Below are positions 22,601 through 31,020 of a stretch of 31,020 bases of DNA, piece by piece (within the stretch, counting starts at the first letter, position 1; every line of letters begins with the position of its first letter). Under the pieces are notes generated by a model, which was given only the letters and a program-made list of their open reading frames with translations, had not been told where the DNA came from and ran no database searches. The DNA is from Gammaproteobacteria bacterium (GTDB lineage Bacteria > Pseudomonadota > Gammaproteobacteria > SURF-13): the NCBI GenBank assembly GCA_035286765.1, contig DATECT010000145.1, positions 1 through 31,020 on the forward strand. The letters are read 5' to 3'. The position numbers and the translations under genes are program-made.

Positions 22601-25600
22601 GGGGTTTGATTCGCTGTTTCTCACCCAGCTCAGCCAGGCCCTGCAGAAAAAATTCGGTATCAAGGTCGCATTTCGCCAATTGCTGGGCGAGTCGGCCACG
22701 CTTACCAGCCTGGCTACGTACATCGATCAGCAATTGCCGGCGGAGGCCTTCCAAGAAGCACCTCACCAACCCTCGGCCGTAGCGGGCAACATTGAGTCAG
22801 TGTCCGCGCAGACAGCCTCTCTATTAATGCCTGCGCCGGATAGCGTCCAGACCAATACTTCAACACCGGCTGCGGCAAGCGTATTGGAACGCGTCATCGC
22901 CCAACAACTGCAACTTATGGCGCAGCAATTGGCGCAACTGCGTACCAGTGCAGCGCCTGCCTCGGTAGCCGCCGCGTCTTTACCGGCGCCACATGGCGAA
23001 TGGAGCATGACCGGGGTAGCGCATGATAACGTCACTCAACAGACTGTCAAAAAGGACGAGGTCAAGGCCTTTGGGCCGTACAAACCCATCGTGAAGGGCG
23101 CGAGCGGCGGGTTGACCGGACAGCAGCAGGCGCATCTAAATGAATTGGTGGCGCGCTATACGCAGCGCACCGCGGAATCCAAACGCTATACGCAGGAACA
23201 TCGCCCGCATCTCACTGACCCGCGTGCGGTGTCAGGTTTCCGCTTACTGTGGAAAGAGATGGTCTACCCGGTAGTTGCCGCGCGTTCCTCCGGCTCAAAG
23301 ATTTGGGATGTCGACGGTAATGAATACATCGACCTGACCATGGGCTTTGGCGTGAATTTATTCGGCCACTCGCCGCCTTTTGTCATAACCGCGTTGGAGG
23401 AACAACTCAAACTCGGCATTGAAATCGGCCCCACTTCACCGCTGACCGGGCAGGTGGCGCAACTGCTCTGCGAGTTGACCGGCATGGAGCGCGCCATCTT
23501 TTGCAATACCGGTTCCGAGGCCGTGATGGCGGCCTTGCGCGCGGCGCGCACTGTCAGTGGGCGCGACAAGATTGCGCTGTTCTCCGGTGCTTACCATGGC
23601 ATCTTCGACGAGGTGCTGGTGCGCGGCCACGCGACCGCGGACGGCAAACCGCATTCCCTGCCGATTGCACCCGGCATCCCCGAACACATGGTGCAAGATG
23701 TATTAGTGCTGGAGTATGGCACACCGGCCGCGTTGCAGATGCTCAAGGCGCATGGCCATGAACTGGCCGCCGTGATAGTGGAGTCGGTGCAGAGCCGTCG
23801 TCCGGATTTACAGCCCAGGGAATTTTTACATGAGCTGCGGCGCATCACGCAACAAACCGGCACGGCGCTCATCTTCGACGAAGTGATTACCGGGTTTCGC
23901 GCGCACCCGCAAGGCGCGCAGGGCTGGTTCGGGGTGCAGGCCGATCTTGCCACCTACGGCAAGGTCATCGGTGGCGGCATGCCCATCGGCGCAGTGGCGG
24001 GCAAGGCCGCTTATCTGGATGTGTTTGACGGCGGCGCCTGGCAATATGGCGATAACTCCTTCCCGGAGGTCGGTGTCACCTTTTTTGCAGGTACCTTCGT
24101 GCGTCATCCGTTGGCCCTGGCAGCGGCTTGGGCAGTGTTGAATCACCTCAAGAGCAGCGGCCCCGAATTACAACAGCGTTTGAATCAGCGTACTACTGAA
24201 TTTATTAACGACCTTAATAGCTTTTTCCAGGCACAACAAGCGCCGGTGCGCATCGCGCATTTTAGCTCGCTCTTCTATATCAGCTTCGAGGGCGAACAAA
24301 AATACGCCAGCCTATTGTTTTATCATTTACGCGAGAAGGGCGTGCACGTATGGGAAGGGCGTCCCTGCTTTTTATCCACGGCGCATTCCGATGCCGACAT
24401 CGTCCGCATTACGCAGGCCTTCAAAGACAGCGTGATGGCCCTGCAAGACGGCGGATTTTTCCCGCCTGCGCCCGCGCCGCGCGGCGGACTCGCAGTCCCC
24501 GACCATGCCGCCGACGCTACGCCGGCGCAGGCATCCGCATCCACGCCATCTGCGCCCACCAGCGTGGCGCTCACCGAGGCGCAGCGCGAATTATGGGTGG
24601 CGGCGCAAATGAGCACGGAAGGCTCGCGCGCCTACAACGATTGCCTCACGCTGGCGTTGCACGGCCCTTTGAACAAAGCGGCACTGTATAAAGCCTTGCA
24701 GAATCTAGTGGCGCGCCATGAGGCGCTGCGTACCACCTTCAGCGCCGCGGGCGACGTGCAGCACATCGCGACGCACGGCCAACTGGAGTTGCACGGCGTG
24801 GATTTATCGAACGTAGCGGCGTCGCAGCGCGAACACGCTCTGCACGCCCACCTACAGACCGGCGCCCAGCGCGAATTTGACTTGGTGCACGGACCGCTGG
24901 TGCGCGCCGAACTGGTCACACTCGAACCCAAGCACCATGTGCTGGTGGTCACCGCGCACCATATCGTGTGCGACGGCTGGTCGTTGGGCGTACTGTTTCG
25001 AGAACTGAGCGAACTGTACAACGCCGCCCACGAAAATCGATCCGCCGCACTGCCCCCGGCGCTGGCGTTCAGCACGTATGCGGCGTGGCAGGAGCGTCCC
25101 GAGCAGGTAGAGGCGCGCCGCCGCGCGGAAGATTATTGGGTGCAACAATACGCCGAACCCGCCCCGGCATTGGATCTGCCCACCGACCGGCCCCGTCCGG
25201 CACAACGTTCCTACCGGGGCGCGCGCCACGTCGCGCGGCTCGATGCGGCGCTGTACGCACAACTCAAACGCGCCGGCGCGCAGCAGGGCGCGACCCTATT
25301 CACGGTGCTGCTTACGGCCTACATGACCTGGCTACAGCGCCTCACCGGCCAAGACGATGTAGTGATCGGTGTGCCGGCGGCGGGGCAATCGCTGATCGAG
25401 GGCGGCGAGCACCTGCTCGGGCACTGCGTCAACTTTTTACCGCTGCGTCAGCGCTTGGATATGACGGCGAATTTCAACGACGCGCTGCGCGCCGTGCAAG
25501 ATAACGTGCTGGAGACCTATGAACACCAGCAATGCACCTACGGCAGTCTCATCCGCCGACTCGCCTTGCCGCACGACCCGAGTCGCGCGCCATTGGTGAG

Positions 25601-27812
25601 TGCCACCTTCAACATCGACCGGCGCATCGACGGGTTGGACTACGCCGGCCTGCGGGCGCAACTGCGCGGCCACTCCAAACAATTCATTAATTTCGATCTG
25701 AAATTGAACGCCGTGGAGACCGGGGAGGGCATGGAGCTCGAGTGGGACTACAACACCGCCCTGTTTGACGCCACGACCATTGAGCGCCTCAGCGGCCACT
25801 ACGCAACACTCTTGCAGGGCATACTCGCCGATTCCACCCAGCCCCTGGCGGCCTTAGCGCTGCTTACCCAGGCCGAGCAGGCGGTCCTCACCGCGCCCGC
25901 GCCGTATATCCCCGCCCCCGTCGACACTGTCATCACCCGCTTCGAGGCCCAGGTCGCGCTGACCCCCGACGCCCTTGCCGTCGAGGCCCCCGACGGCACC
26001 CTGACCTACGCCGCCCTCAACGTCCAAGCTAATCGCCTCGCCCACGCCCTGCGCGCGCTGGGCGCCGGCCCCGAGACCCGCGTCGGCCTGTTCGCCGAAC
26101 GCGGCGTCGGCCTGCTCGGCGGCCTGTGGGGCATCCTCAAGGCCGGCGCCGCCTACGTTCCGCTCGATCCACAGGCCCCGCCCGCGCGCCTGCGCACCAT
26201 CGCCGCCGACGCCGGGCTGCTCGCCGTGGTCAGCCCCAGTGTTTTCCCCGACGTCTCCGGCCCCGACCTCGACCTCCCCGTACTGTGCGCGGACGACGCT
26301 ACCCTCGCGGCCCAGCCCGCGCACAATCCGGACGCGCCCCCCCGCCCCGGGGATCTCGCCTATGTGCTCTACACCTCCGGCTCCAGCGGCGCCCCCAAAG
26401 GCGTCATGATCGAACACGGCGCGCTCATGCACCTCCATCAGGCCTTGGCGGATACCGTCTATAGCGACCTCGCGCAGCAGGCCCCTGCGCGGCCCCTGCG
26501 CGTAAGCCTCAACGGCCCGCTCTACTTCGACACCTCCGTCAAACAATGGCTGCAACTGCTGAGCGGCCACACCCTGTGCCTGGTGCCCGAGGACTGCCGC
26601 CCGGACGGTGCGGCCTTGCTCGCCTATCTTGCCAACCAGCGCGTAGACGTGCTCGACACCACGCCCACCCAACTCACCTTACTCGCCCAAGCCGGCCTGC
26701 TCGCCTCGCATGCCTACCGCCCGGCCTGCCTGCTCATCGGCGGCGAGGCCCTTGCGCCCAGCCTGTGGGCCGCCATCGCGGCCTGCCCCGAGTGGGCCGC
26801 CTACAATCTCTACGGCCCCACCGAATGCACCGTGGACGCCACCCTCGCGCGCCTCACCCCCGGCGGCACCCCACACCTCGGCCAGGCCCTCCCGCACGTC
26901 GGCCTGCGCATCCTCGATGCACAGCGCCAGCCCGTGCCCGTTGGTGTGGCGGGCGAACTCTACATCGGCGGGGCGGGCGTGGGACGCGGCTATCTCAACC
27001 GCCCTGACTTGACCCAAGCACGCTTCCTGCCTGATCCTAACGGGGCTGACCCCCAGGCGCGGCTCTACCAAACCGGCGACCGCGTGCGCCGTCGCGCCGA
27101 CGGCACCCTCGACTACCTCGGGCGCCTGGACGGCCAAGTCAAACTCAGAGGCTACCGTATCGAACTGGGCGAGATCGAGGCCCTCCTGCAGACCCACCCC
27201 CAGGTGGCGAGCGCCGCCGTCAGCGTGCGCGAAGACATTCCCGGGGACGCGCGCATGGTGGCCTATATCGTCGCGCGCGACAGCAACAGCCCGGACGAGG
27301 CGAGCCTGCGTACCCATCTCAGTACACACCTGCCCGACTACCTGCTGCCAAGCGCTTACGTCACCCTCACTCAACTTCCGCTCACCCGCCACGGCAAGCT
27401 CGACCGCCACGCCTTACCGGCCCCGCCTGTAGAGGCTACCGTCACGCCGGCCCCCGACGCGGCCCCCGAGGGTCCAGTCGAACAGGTCGTCGCCAAGCTC
27501 TACGCCCAAGTGTTGGGCCGTGGGCAGCTCGACCGCCACAGCAGCTTCTTCGCCCTCGGCGGGCACTCGCTGCTGGCCATCCAGGTGTTGGCGCGGTTGC
27601 GCGAGGCGTTGGACGTGAGTGTGCCGGTGCGCACCCTGTTTGAGGCCCCCACGGTGAGCGCCTTGAGCGCGCGGCTCACCGCCACGGCCACCGACCCGGC
27701 CCGTCTGGCGGCACGCGCGCGCCTGTATAACGAGGTCGCCCAACTCAGCCCGGAGGCGGTACGCGCCCAGTTGGCACGGCGGCGGGCGACCAAACAGGCG
27801 GGGGGCGAGTAG
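19683..27812 (+). CDS. Hybrid PKS-NRPS KS-AT-ACP-aminotransferase-C-A(Asp/Glu-like)-T
   Basis: KS QTACSTS, EAHGTGT, KTNVGHL. AT GHSIGE and HAFHS (malonyl type). ACP MGFDSL. Class III PLP aminotransferase FDEVITGFR and TYGKVIGGG. C HHIVCDGWS. A code DTKDLGLVDK. T FFALGGHSL. No KR, DH or ER. Confidence 0.96.
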   Translation: MNSLNADAADQIAVVGMAGRFPGAKNIEAFWRNLQKGVESIVFFKDEELESLNLDAALLGDPSYIKARAILDDAESFDAGFFGFKPKEAELTDPQQRIFLECAWEALENAGYDPENYPGAIAVYAGAGSNTYLLNHLYPNHTAYELSSLAAMIGNDKDFLATRVSYKLNLRGPSVSVQTACSTSLVAVSMACNSLLSYQCDMALAGGVSVSFPQRRGYLYQEGGILSGDGHVRAFDERAQGMLAGHGAGIVVLKRLSEALADGDTIWAVIKGTAMNNDGAQKVGYTAPSVDGQAEVIALAQALADVTPDTISYVEAHGTGTPLGDPIEIAGLTQAFRLGTEAKNFCAIGSVKTNVGHLDIAAGVTGLIKTVLALRHKQLPPSLNFERPNPKIDFANSPFYVNTELREWETAGTPRRAGVSSFGIGGTNAHVVVEEAPVVASSSPARPWQLLTLSAKTATALDTATTNLAEHLAQHPELNLADAAYTLQLGRRGFQHRRIVVCRDHADAISLLQTPDANRVVSQTLNSTQTAVSFMFPGQGAQFINMGRELYETEPVYRQHIDSCAELLLPELGLDLRSVLYPDADQAETAQQQLTQTGITQPALFAVEYATAQLWMAWGITPQALIGHSIGEYVAACLAGVFSLPEALALVAARARLMQALPAGAMLAIRLPEQEVVPLLGNGIALAAVNSPALCVVSGAHAAIEALQQQLTEHEIGQRRLHTSHAFHSAMMEPMLAAFDEQLTKVKLRAPQIPYISNVTGTWITAAQATDPHYWTMHIRQTVRFSDGLQALFSDRNSVLLEVGPGQTLTTLARQHSAKSGAQLIVASGYPVQEPGSDRAALLTALGRLWLAGVTIDWRLVHQPEQRQRVPLPAYPFERRRYFVEVPALAKNMTAQVLNNKSVDCVTRFTQQADRAVRNEKDKEITMADAQVVTPSNSSGRQARLVPQLQSLLSELSGMDLASVSTTTTFLEMGFDSLFLTQLSQALQKKFGIKVAFRQLLGESATLTSLATYIDQQLPAEAFQEAPHQPSAVAGNIESVSAQTASLLMPAPDSVQTNTSTPAAASVLERVIAQQLQLMAQQLAQLRTSAAPASVAAASLPAPHGEWSMTGVAHDNVTQQTVKKDEVKAFGPYKPIVKGASGGLTGQQQAHLNELVARYTQRTAESKRYTQEHRPHLTDPRAVSGFRLLWKEMVYPVVAARSSGSKIWDVDGNEYIDLTMGFGVNLFGHSPPFVITALEEQLKLGIEIGPTSPLTGQVAQLLCELTGMERAIFCNTGSEAVMAALRAARTVSGRDKIALFSGAYHGIFDEVLVRGHATADGKPHSLPIAPGIPEHMVQDVLVLEYGTPAALQMLKAHGHELAAVIVESVQSRRPDLQPREFLHELRRITQQTGTALIFDEVITGFRAHPQGAQGWFGVQADLATYGKVIGGGMPIGAVAGKAAYLDVFDGGAWQYGDNSFPEVGVTFFAGTFVRHPLALAAAWAVLNHLKSSGPELQQRLNQRTTEFINDLNSFFQAQQAPVRIAHFSSLFYISFEGEQKYASLLFYHLREKGVHVWEGRPCFLSTAHSDADIVRITQAFKDSVMALQDGGFFPPAPAPRGGLAVPDHAADATPAQASASTPSAPTSVALTEAQRELWVAAQMSTEGSRAYNDCLTLALHGPLNKAALYKALQNLVARHEALRTTFSAAGDVQHIATHGQLELHGVDLSNVAASQREHALHAHLQTGAQREFDLVHGPLVRAELVTLEPKHHVLVVTAHHIVCDGWSLGVLFRELSELYNAAHENRSAALPPALAFSTYAAWQERPEQVEARRRAEDYWVQQYAEPAPALDLPTDRPRPAQRSYRGARHVARLDAALYAQLKRAGAQQGATLFTVLLTAYMTWLQRLTGQDDVVIGVPAAGQSLIEGGEHLLGHCVNFLPLRQRLDMTANFNDALRAVQDNVLETYEHQQCTYGSLIRRLALPHDPSRAPLVSATFNIDRRIDGLDYAGLRAQLRGHSKQFINFDLKLNAVETGEGMELEWDYNTALFDATTIERLSGHYATLLQGILADSTQPLAALALLTQAEQAVLTAPAPYIPAPVDTVITRFEAQVALTPDALAVEAPDGTLTYAALNVQANRLAHALRALGAGPETRVGLFAERGVGLLGGLWGILKAGAAYVPLDPQAPPARLRTIAADAGLLAVVSPSVFPDVSGPDLDLPVLCADDATLAAQPAHNPDAPPRPGDLAYVLYTSGSSGAPKGVMIEHGALMHLHQALADTVYSDLAQQAPARPLRVSLNGPLYFDTSVKQWLQLLSGHTLCLVPEDCRPDGAALLAYLANQRVDVLDTTPTQLTLLAQAGLLASHAYRPACLLIGGEALAPSLWAAIAACPEWAAYNLYGPTECTVDATLARLTPGGTPHLGQALPHVGLRILDAQRQPVPVGVAGELYIGGAGVGRGYLNRPDLTQARFLPDPNGADPQARLYQTGDRVRRRADGTLDYLGRLDGQVKLRGYRIELGEIEALLQTHPQVASAAVSVREDIPGDARMVAYIVARDSNSPDEASLRTHLSTHLPDYLLPSAYVTLTQLPLTRHGKLDRHALPAPPVEATVTPAPDAAPEGPVEQVVAKLYAQVLGRGQLDRHSSFFALGGHSLLAIQVLARLREALDVSVPVRTLFEAPTVSALSARLTATATDPARLAARARLYNEVAQLSPEAVRAQLARRRATKQAGGE

Positions 27813-27843
27813 CATGAGTGCGGAAATGAAAGGGGAAGGAAAC

Positions 27844-30800
27844 ATGGTAGACATGAACAGTGCACAAGAAGAACTGCTTGCCTTGTTGCTGGAAGAGCAG
27901 GGCATCGACACTGAGCAAGCGCCGCCGCTTACGCCGCGCGCGCGCAACACGCCGCCGCCGTTGTCCTTCGCCCAGCAGCGGCTATGGTTTCTGGAACAGT
28001 GGGAGCAGGGCAGCGCGGCCTATAACATCTGCGATGCCGCGCGCCTCAGCGGCGTGCTGAAAGTGGATATTTTGGAGCGCGCGCTGAGCGAGATAGTGCG
28101 CCGCCACGAGGTGTTGCGCACCACGTTTAAAAGCATCGAGGGTACGCCGGTGCAAGTCATCCATCCCGCCACGCCGCTAAATCTGCCGCTCATAGATTTG
28201 CGTTTGCTGCCCAGGCCGCAGCGCGAGGCCGAGGTGCTGCGTATGGCCGGCGAGGCGGCGCGCCAGCTGTTTAATCTGGACCAGGGGCCGCTGCTGCGCG
28301 TTACGCTGCTGCGCGTAGACGAGCACGAACACGTGCTGCTGCTGACCATCCATCACATCATCTTCGATATCTGGTCGCGCAAGGTGTTCAGGCGGGAATT
28401 GCACACCCTGTACGAAGCCTACCTACAGGGCCGCGCCGCGCCGCTCGCCGAACTGCCCATTCAATATGCCGACTACGCCTACTGGCAGCGCGAATGGCTG
28501 CAAAGCGGCCTCCAGGCCCAGCAGATGGCGTATTGGAAGGAGCGTCTGGGCGGCGCGCTGCCGGTACTGGAATTGCCCGCCGATTACCCGCGCCCCGCGC
28601 AACAGACCTTTAACGGCGCGCTCGTGTCGCGCGTGCTGCCCGACGCGCTCAGCCAGGCCTTGCTGCACCTGGGCCAGCGTGAAGGCGCGACGCTGTTCAT
28701 GACCCTGCTGGCGGCGTTCAAGGCGCTGCTGCATCGCTACACCGGACAACACGATATTATCGTCGGCACCCCGATAGCGAACCGCTCGCGCATCGAAACG
28801 GAAGGGCTGATTGGATTTTTCCTCAACACCTTGGCGCTGCGCACCGACGTATCCGGCGACCCCAGCTTCACCGAATTACTGATACGCGTGCGCGAGCAGG
28901 CCTTGCAGGCCTACGACCACCAGGATTTACCCTTCGAGCGCCTGGTGGAAGAATTGCAGCCCACGCGCGATCCCAGCCACAGCCCGCTGTTCCAAGTGAT
29001 GTTCGTGCTGCAAAACGACGTGCAACAGTCGGTCGGGTTGCCCGGCGTCACCTTCACCCCGCTGGAGGTCGATAACCATACCGCCAAGTTTGATTTAACC
29101 GTATTCGTCATCGAATCAGGGCGGCGTTTAACGACCCATTTTGAATACAACACCGACTTATTTAGCGAACAAACGGTAGCGCCCTGGCTGGATCACTGGC
29201 AGACCTTGCTGGAGGGCATTGTGGCCGACCCCGCGCAACGCCTCTCGGAACTGCCGCTGCTTAGCGCCCCCGAGCGCCACCGGTTGCTCGTCGAATGGAA
29301 CCCTTGGCCGCCGTTCCCGACAGAACAGACCCTCGCGGGGCTGTTCGAGGCGCAGGTGGAACGAACCCCGCACGCGATCGCGGTGGCGTTCGAAGACCGG
29401 GTCCTCAGCTATGACGAGTTAAACGGCCGAGCCAATCAACTGGCCCACCGTCTGCGCGCCCTGGGCGTGGGCCCCGAGGTCTTGGTCGGGCTGTGCATGG
29501 AGCGCTCGCTGGAGTTGGTGGTGGGGCTGTTGGGCATCCTCAAGGCCGGGGGCGCCTATGTGCCGCTGGACCCCGGCTATCCCAAAGAGCGCCTGGCCTT
29601 CCTGTTGGAGGACACCGGGGTGCGCGTGTTGGTGGCGCAGCAGCGCCTGGTGGCCCAGCTGCCGGCACACCGGGCCAGGGTGCTATGCCTTCCCAGCGCC
29701 GCGCTCGAGGAGGAGTCCCGCGCCAACCCGGTAAGCGGCGTGCGCCCGGACCACCTCGCCTACGTCATGTACACCTCCGGCTCCACCGGCACACCCAAGG
29801 GCGTGGCCGTGCCCCAGCGGGCCGTGGCGCGCCTGGTCACGCACACCGATTACGTGACGCTCGGCCCCGAACAGGTGTTCCTGCAGTTTGCGCCCTTGGC
29901 CTTTGACGCCTCCACCTTCGAGCTTTGGGGCGCGTTACTCAACGGCGGTAAGCTCGTCGTCTTCCCCCCGCACACACCCACCCTCGCGGAACTCGGGACG
30001 ACGCTCCAGGCCCGGCGCATCACCACGCTGTGGCTCACCGCCGGATTATTCCATGCCATGGTTGACGAGCAGCTTTGGGCCTTCCAAGGCGTGCGCCAGC
30101 TGCTGGCCGGCGGTGACGTGCTCTCGGTACCGCACGTGCAACGCTTCCTGGCGGCCCACCCGGGCTGCCGGCTCATCAATGGCTACGGGCCGACCGAGAA
30201 CACCACTTTCAGTTGTTGCTATACGATCCCGCCCCATGCCGCGCTCGGCAGGGCGGTCCCCATTGGCCGCCCGATCGCTCACACCCAGGCTTATATCCTG
30301 GATGCCTATTGCCATCCCGTGCCGATCGGCGTCTTCGGCGAGCTCTACCTTGGGGGCGCGGGGCTCGCGCGCGGCTATCATAACCGCCCGGAATTGACCG
30401 CCGAGAAGTTCATCCCCCATCCGTTTAGCCCAGACCCCAGCGCGCGGCTTTACAAGACCGGCGACCTGGCGCGCTATTTACCGGACGGCAACATCGAGTT
30501 CCTGGGGCGTACCGATCATCAAGTCAAGATTAGAGGCTTCAGGATAGAGTTGGGCGAGATCGAGGCTGTGCTTAGCGCCCATCCAAGCATCAAGGAAGCC
30601 GTCGTCATAGCACGGGAAGACACGCCGGGAGACAAGCGCCTGGTGGCCTACCTGGCGGCAAGCCCTGCCCCCAGCAGCCAGGAATTGCGCAATTATTTGA
30701 TGGCGCGGCTGCCCGAGTACATGCTGCCCGCGATTTTTGTCATCCTGGATGCCCTGCCATTGACACCGAACGGCAAGCTCGACCGTAAAGCCCTACCTGC

Positions 30801-31020
30801 CCCCGGCGCGACCCAGGCAGGCCCCAGCTACACGGCCCCGCGCGACAATTTAGAACTGCAACTGAGCAAGATCTGGGAGCGCCTGCTACGCGTGCCGGCG
30901 GTGGGTATCCACGACAACTTCTTCGAACTCGGCGGCCACTCGCTGCTGGCGGTGCGCTTGGTGGCGCAAATCGAAAAGATCTGGGGCAAAAACGTACCGC
31001 TGGCCACGCTGTTTCAAGCG
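27844..31020 (+). CDS. NRPS module C-A(Val)-T, 3' partial (absent from the ORF track because it has no stop in the window)
   Basis: Translated manually: MVDMNSAQEELLALLLEEQG...LSFAQQRLWFLEQW, C motif HHIIFDIWS, A3 YVMYTSGSTGTPKGV, code DAFWLGGTFK (Val), NGKLDR, T DNFFELGGHSLL. In-frame ATGs at 27814, 27844 (after GAAGGA) and 27853. Confidence 0.93.
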   Translation, partial: MVDMNSAQEELLALLLEEQGIDTEQAPPLTPRARNTPPPLSFAQQRLWFLEQWEQGSAAYNICDAARLSGVLKVDILERALSEIVRRHEVLRTTFKSIEGTPVQVIHPATPLNLPLIDLRLLPRPQREAEVLRMAGEAARQLFNLDQGPLLRVTLLRVDEHEHVLLLTIHHIIFDIWSRKVFRRELHTLYEAYLQGRAAPLAELPIQYADYAYWQREWLQSGLQAQQMAYWKERLGGALPVLELPADYPRPAQQTFNGALVSRVLPDALSQALLHLGQREGATLFMTLLAAFKALLHRYTGQHDIIVGTPIANRSRIETEGLIGFFLNTLALRTDVSGDPSFTELLIRVREQALQAYDHQDLPFERLVEELQPTRDPSHSPLFQVMFVLQNDVQQSVGLPGVTFTPLEVDNHTAKFDLTVFVIESGRRLTTHFEYNTDLFSEQTVAPWLDHWQTLLEGIVADPAQRLSELPLLSAPERHRLLVEWNPWPPFPTEQTLAGLFEAQVERTPHAIAVAFEDRVLSYDELNGRANQLAHRLRALGVGPEVLVGLCMERSLELVVGLLGILKAGGAYVPLDPGYPKERLAFLLEDTGVRVLVAQQRLVAQLPAHRARVLCLPSAALEEESRANPVSGVRPDHLAYVMYTSGSTGTPKGVAVPQRAVARLVTHTDYVTLGPEQVFLQFAPLAFDASTFELWGALLNGGKLVVFPPHTPTLAELGTTLQARRITTLWLTAGLFHAMVDEQLWAFQGVRQLLAGGDVLSVPHVQRFLAAHPGCRLINGYGPTENTTFSCCYTIPPHAALGRAVPIGRPIAHTQAYILDAYCHPVPIGVFGELYLGGAGLARGYHNRPELTAEKFIPHPFSPDPSARLYKTGDLARYLPDGNIEFLGRTDHQVKIRGFRIELGEIEAVLSAHPSIKEAVVIAREDTPGDKRLVAYLAASPAPSSQELRNYLMARLPEYMLPAIFVILDALPLTPNGKLDRKALPAPGATQAGPSYTAPRDNLELQLSKIWERLLRVPAVGIHDNFFELGGHSLLAVRLVAQIEKIWGKNVPLATLFQA

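Larger units (their letters stand above)
10002..31020 (+). other. Hybrid NRPS-PKS biosynthetic gene cluster, 3' incomplete
   Basis: Five co-oriented megasynthase genes. Genes 2-3 and 3-4 are joined by ATGA overlaps. No TE, PPTase, MbtH, transporter or regulator is seen within the window. Confidence 0.97.

Noticed and set aside
19683-27812. Identification as microcystin, mycosubtilin or bleomycin genes
   Set aside because: Only the KS-AT-ACP-AMT-C-A-T layout or a His code is shared. Adda PKS modules, a fatty acyl ligase, cyclisation and epimerase domains are absent, so no gene symbol was assigned.

Overview
The window has two parts. Bases 1-9345 are a conserved gammaproteobacterial housekeeping run on the + strand: dnaE (5' partial), accA, tilS, pyrG, kdsA, eno, ftsB. 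Two of its short intergenic gaps hold mirrored 7-nt repeat hairpins. From about 10000 to the window end is a + strand hybrid NRPS-PKS cluster that replaces the usual ispD neighbour of ftsB. Its gene order is A-MT-T (His-like code), FkbH-T (glyceryl loader), betaHD-C-A(Thr)-T, KS-AT-ACP-aminotransferase-C-A(Asp/Glu)-T, and C-A(Val)-T running off the edge. The most notable feature is that two chemically unrelated, C-less loading proteins carry an almost identical T domain (128/133 nt) and the same C-terminal docking motif (RIQGEI), while only one matching beta-hairpin docking domain is visible. This suggests a starter-switching or branching assembly line whose product contains a Thr-derived 3,4-diamino acid. 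A-domain substrate codes were extracted by manual alignment to GrsA numbering and compared with codes recalled from memory, so they need computational confirmation.
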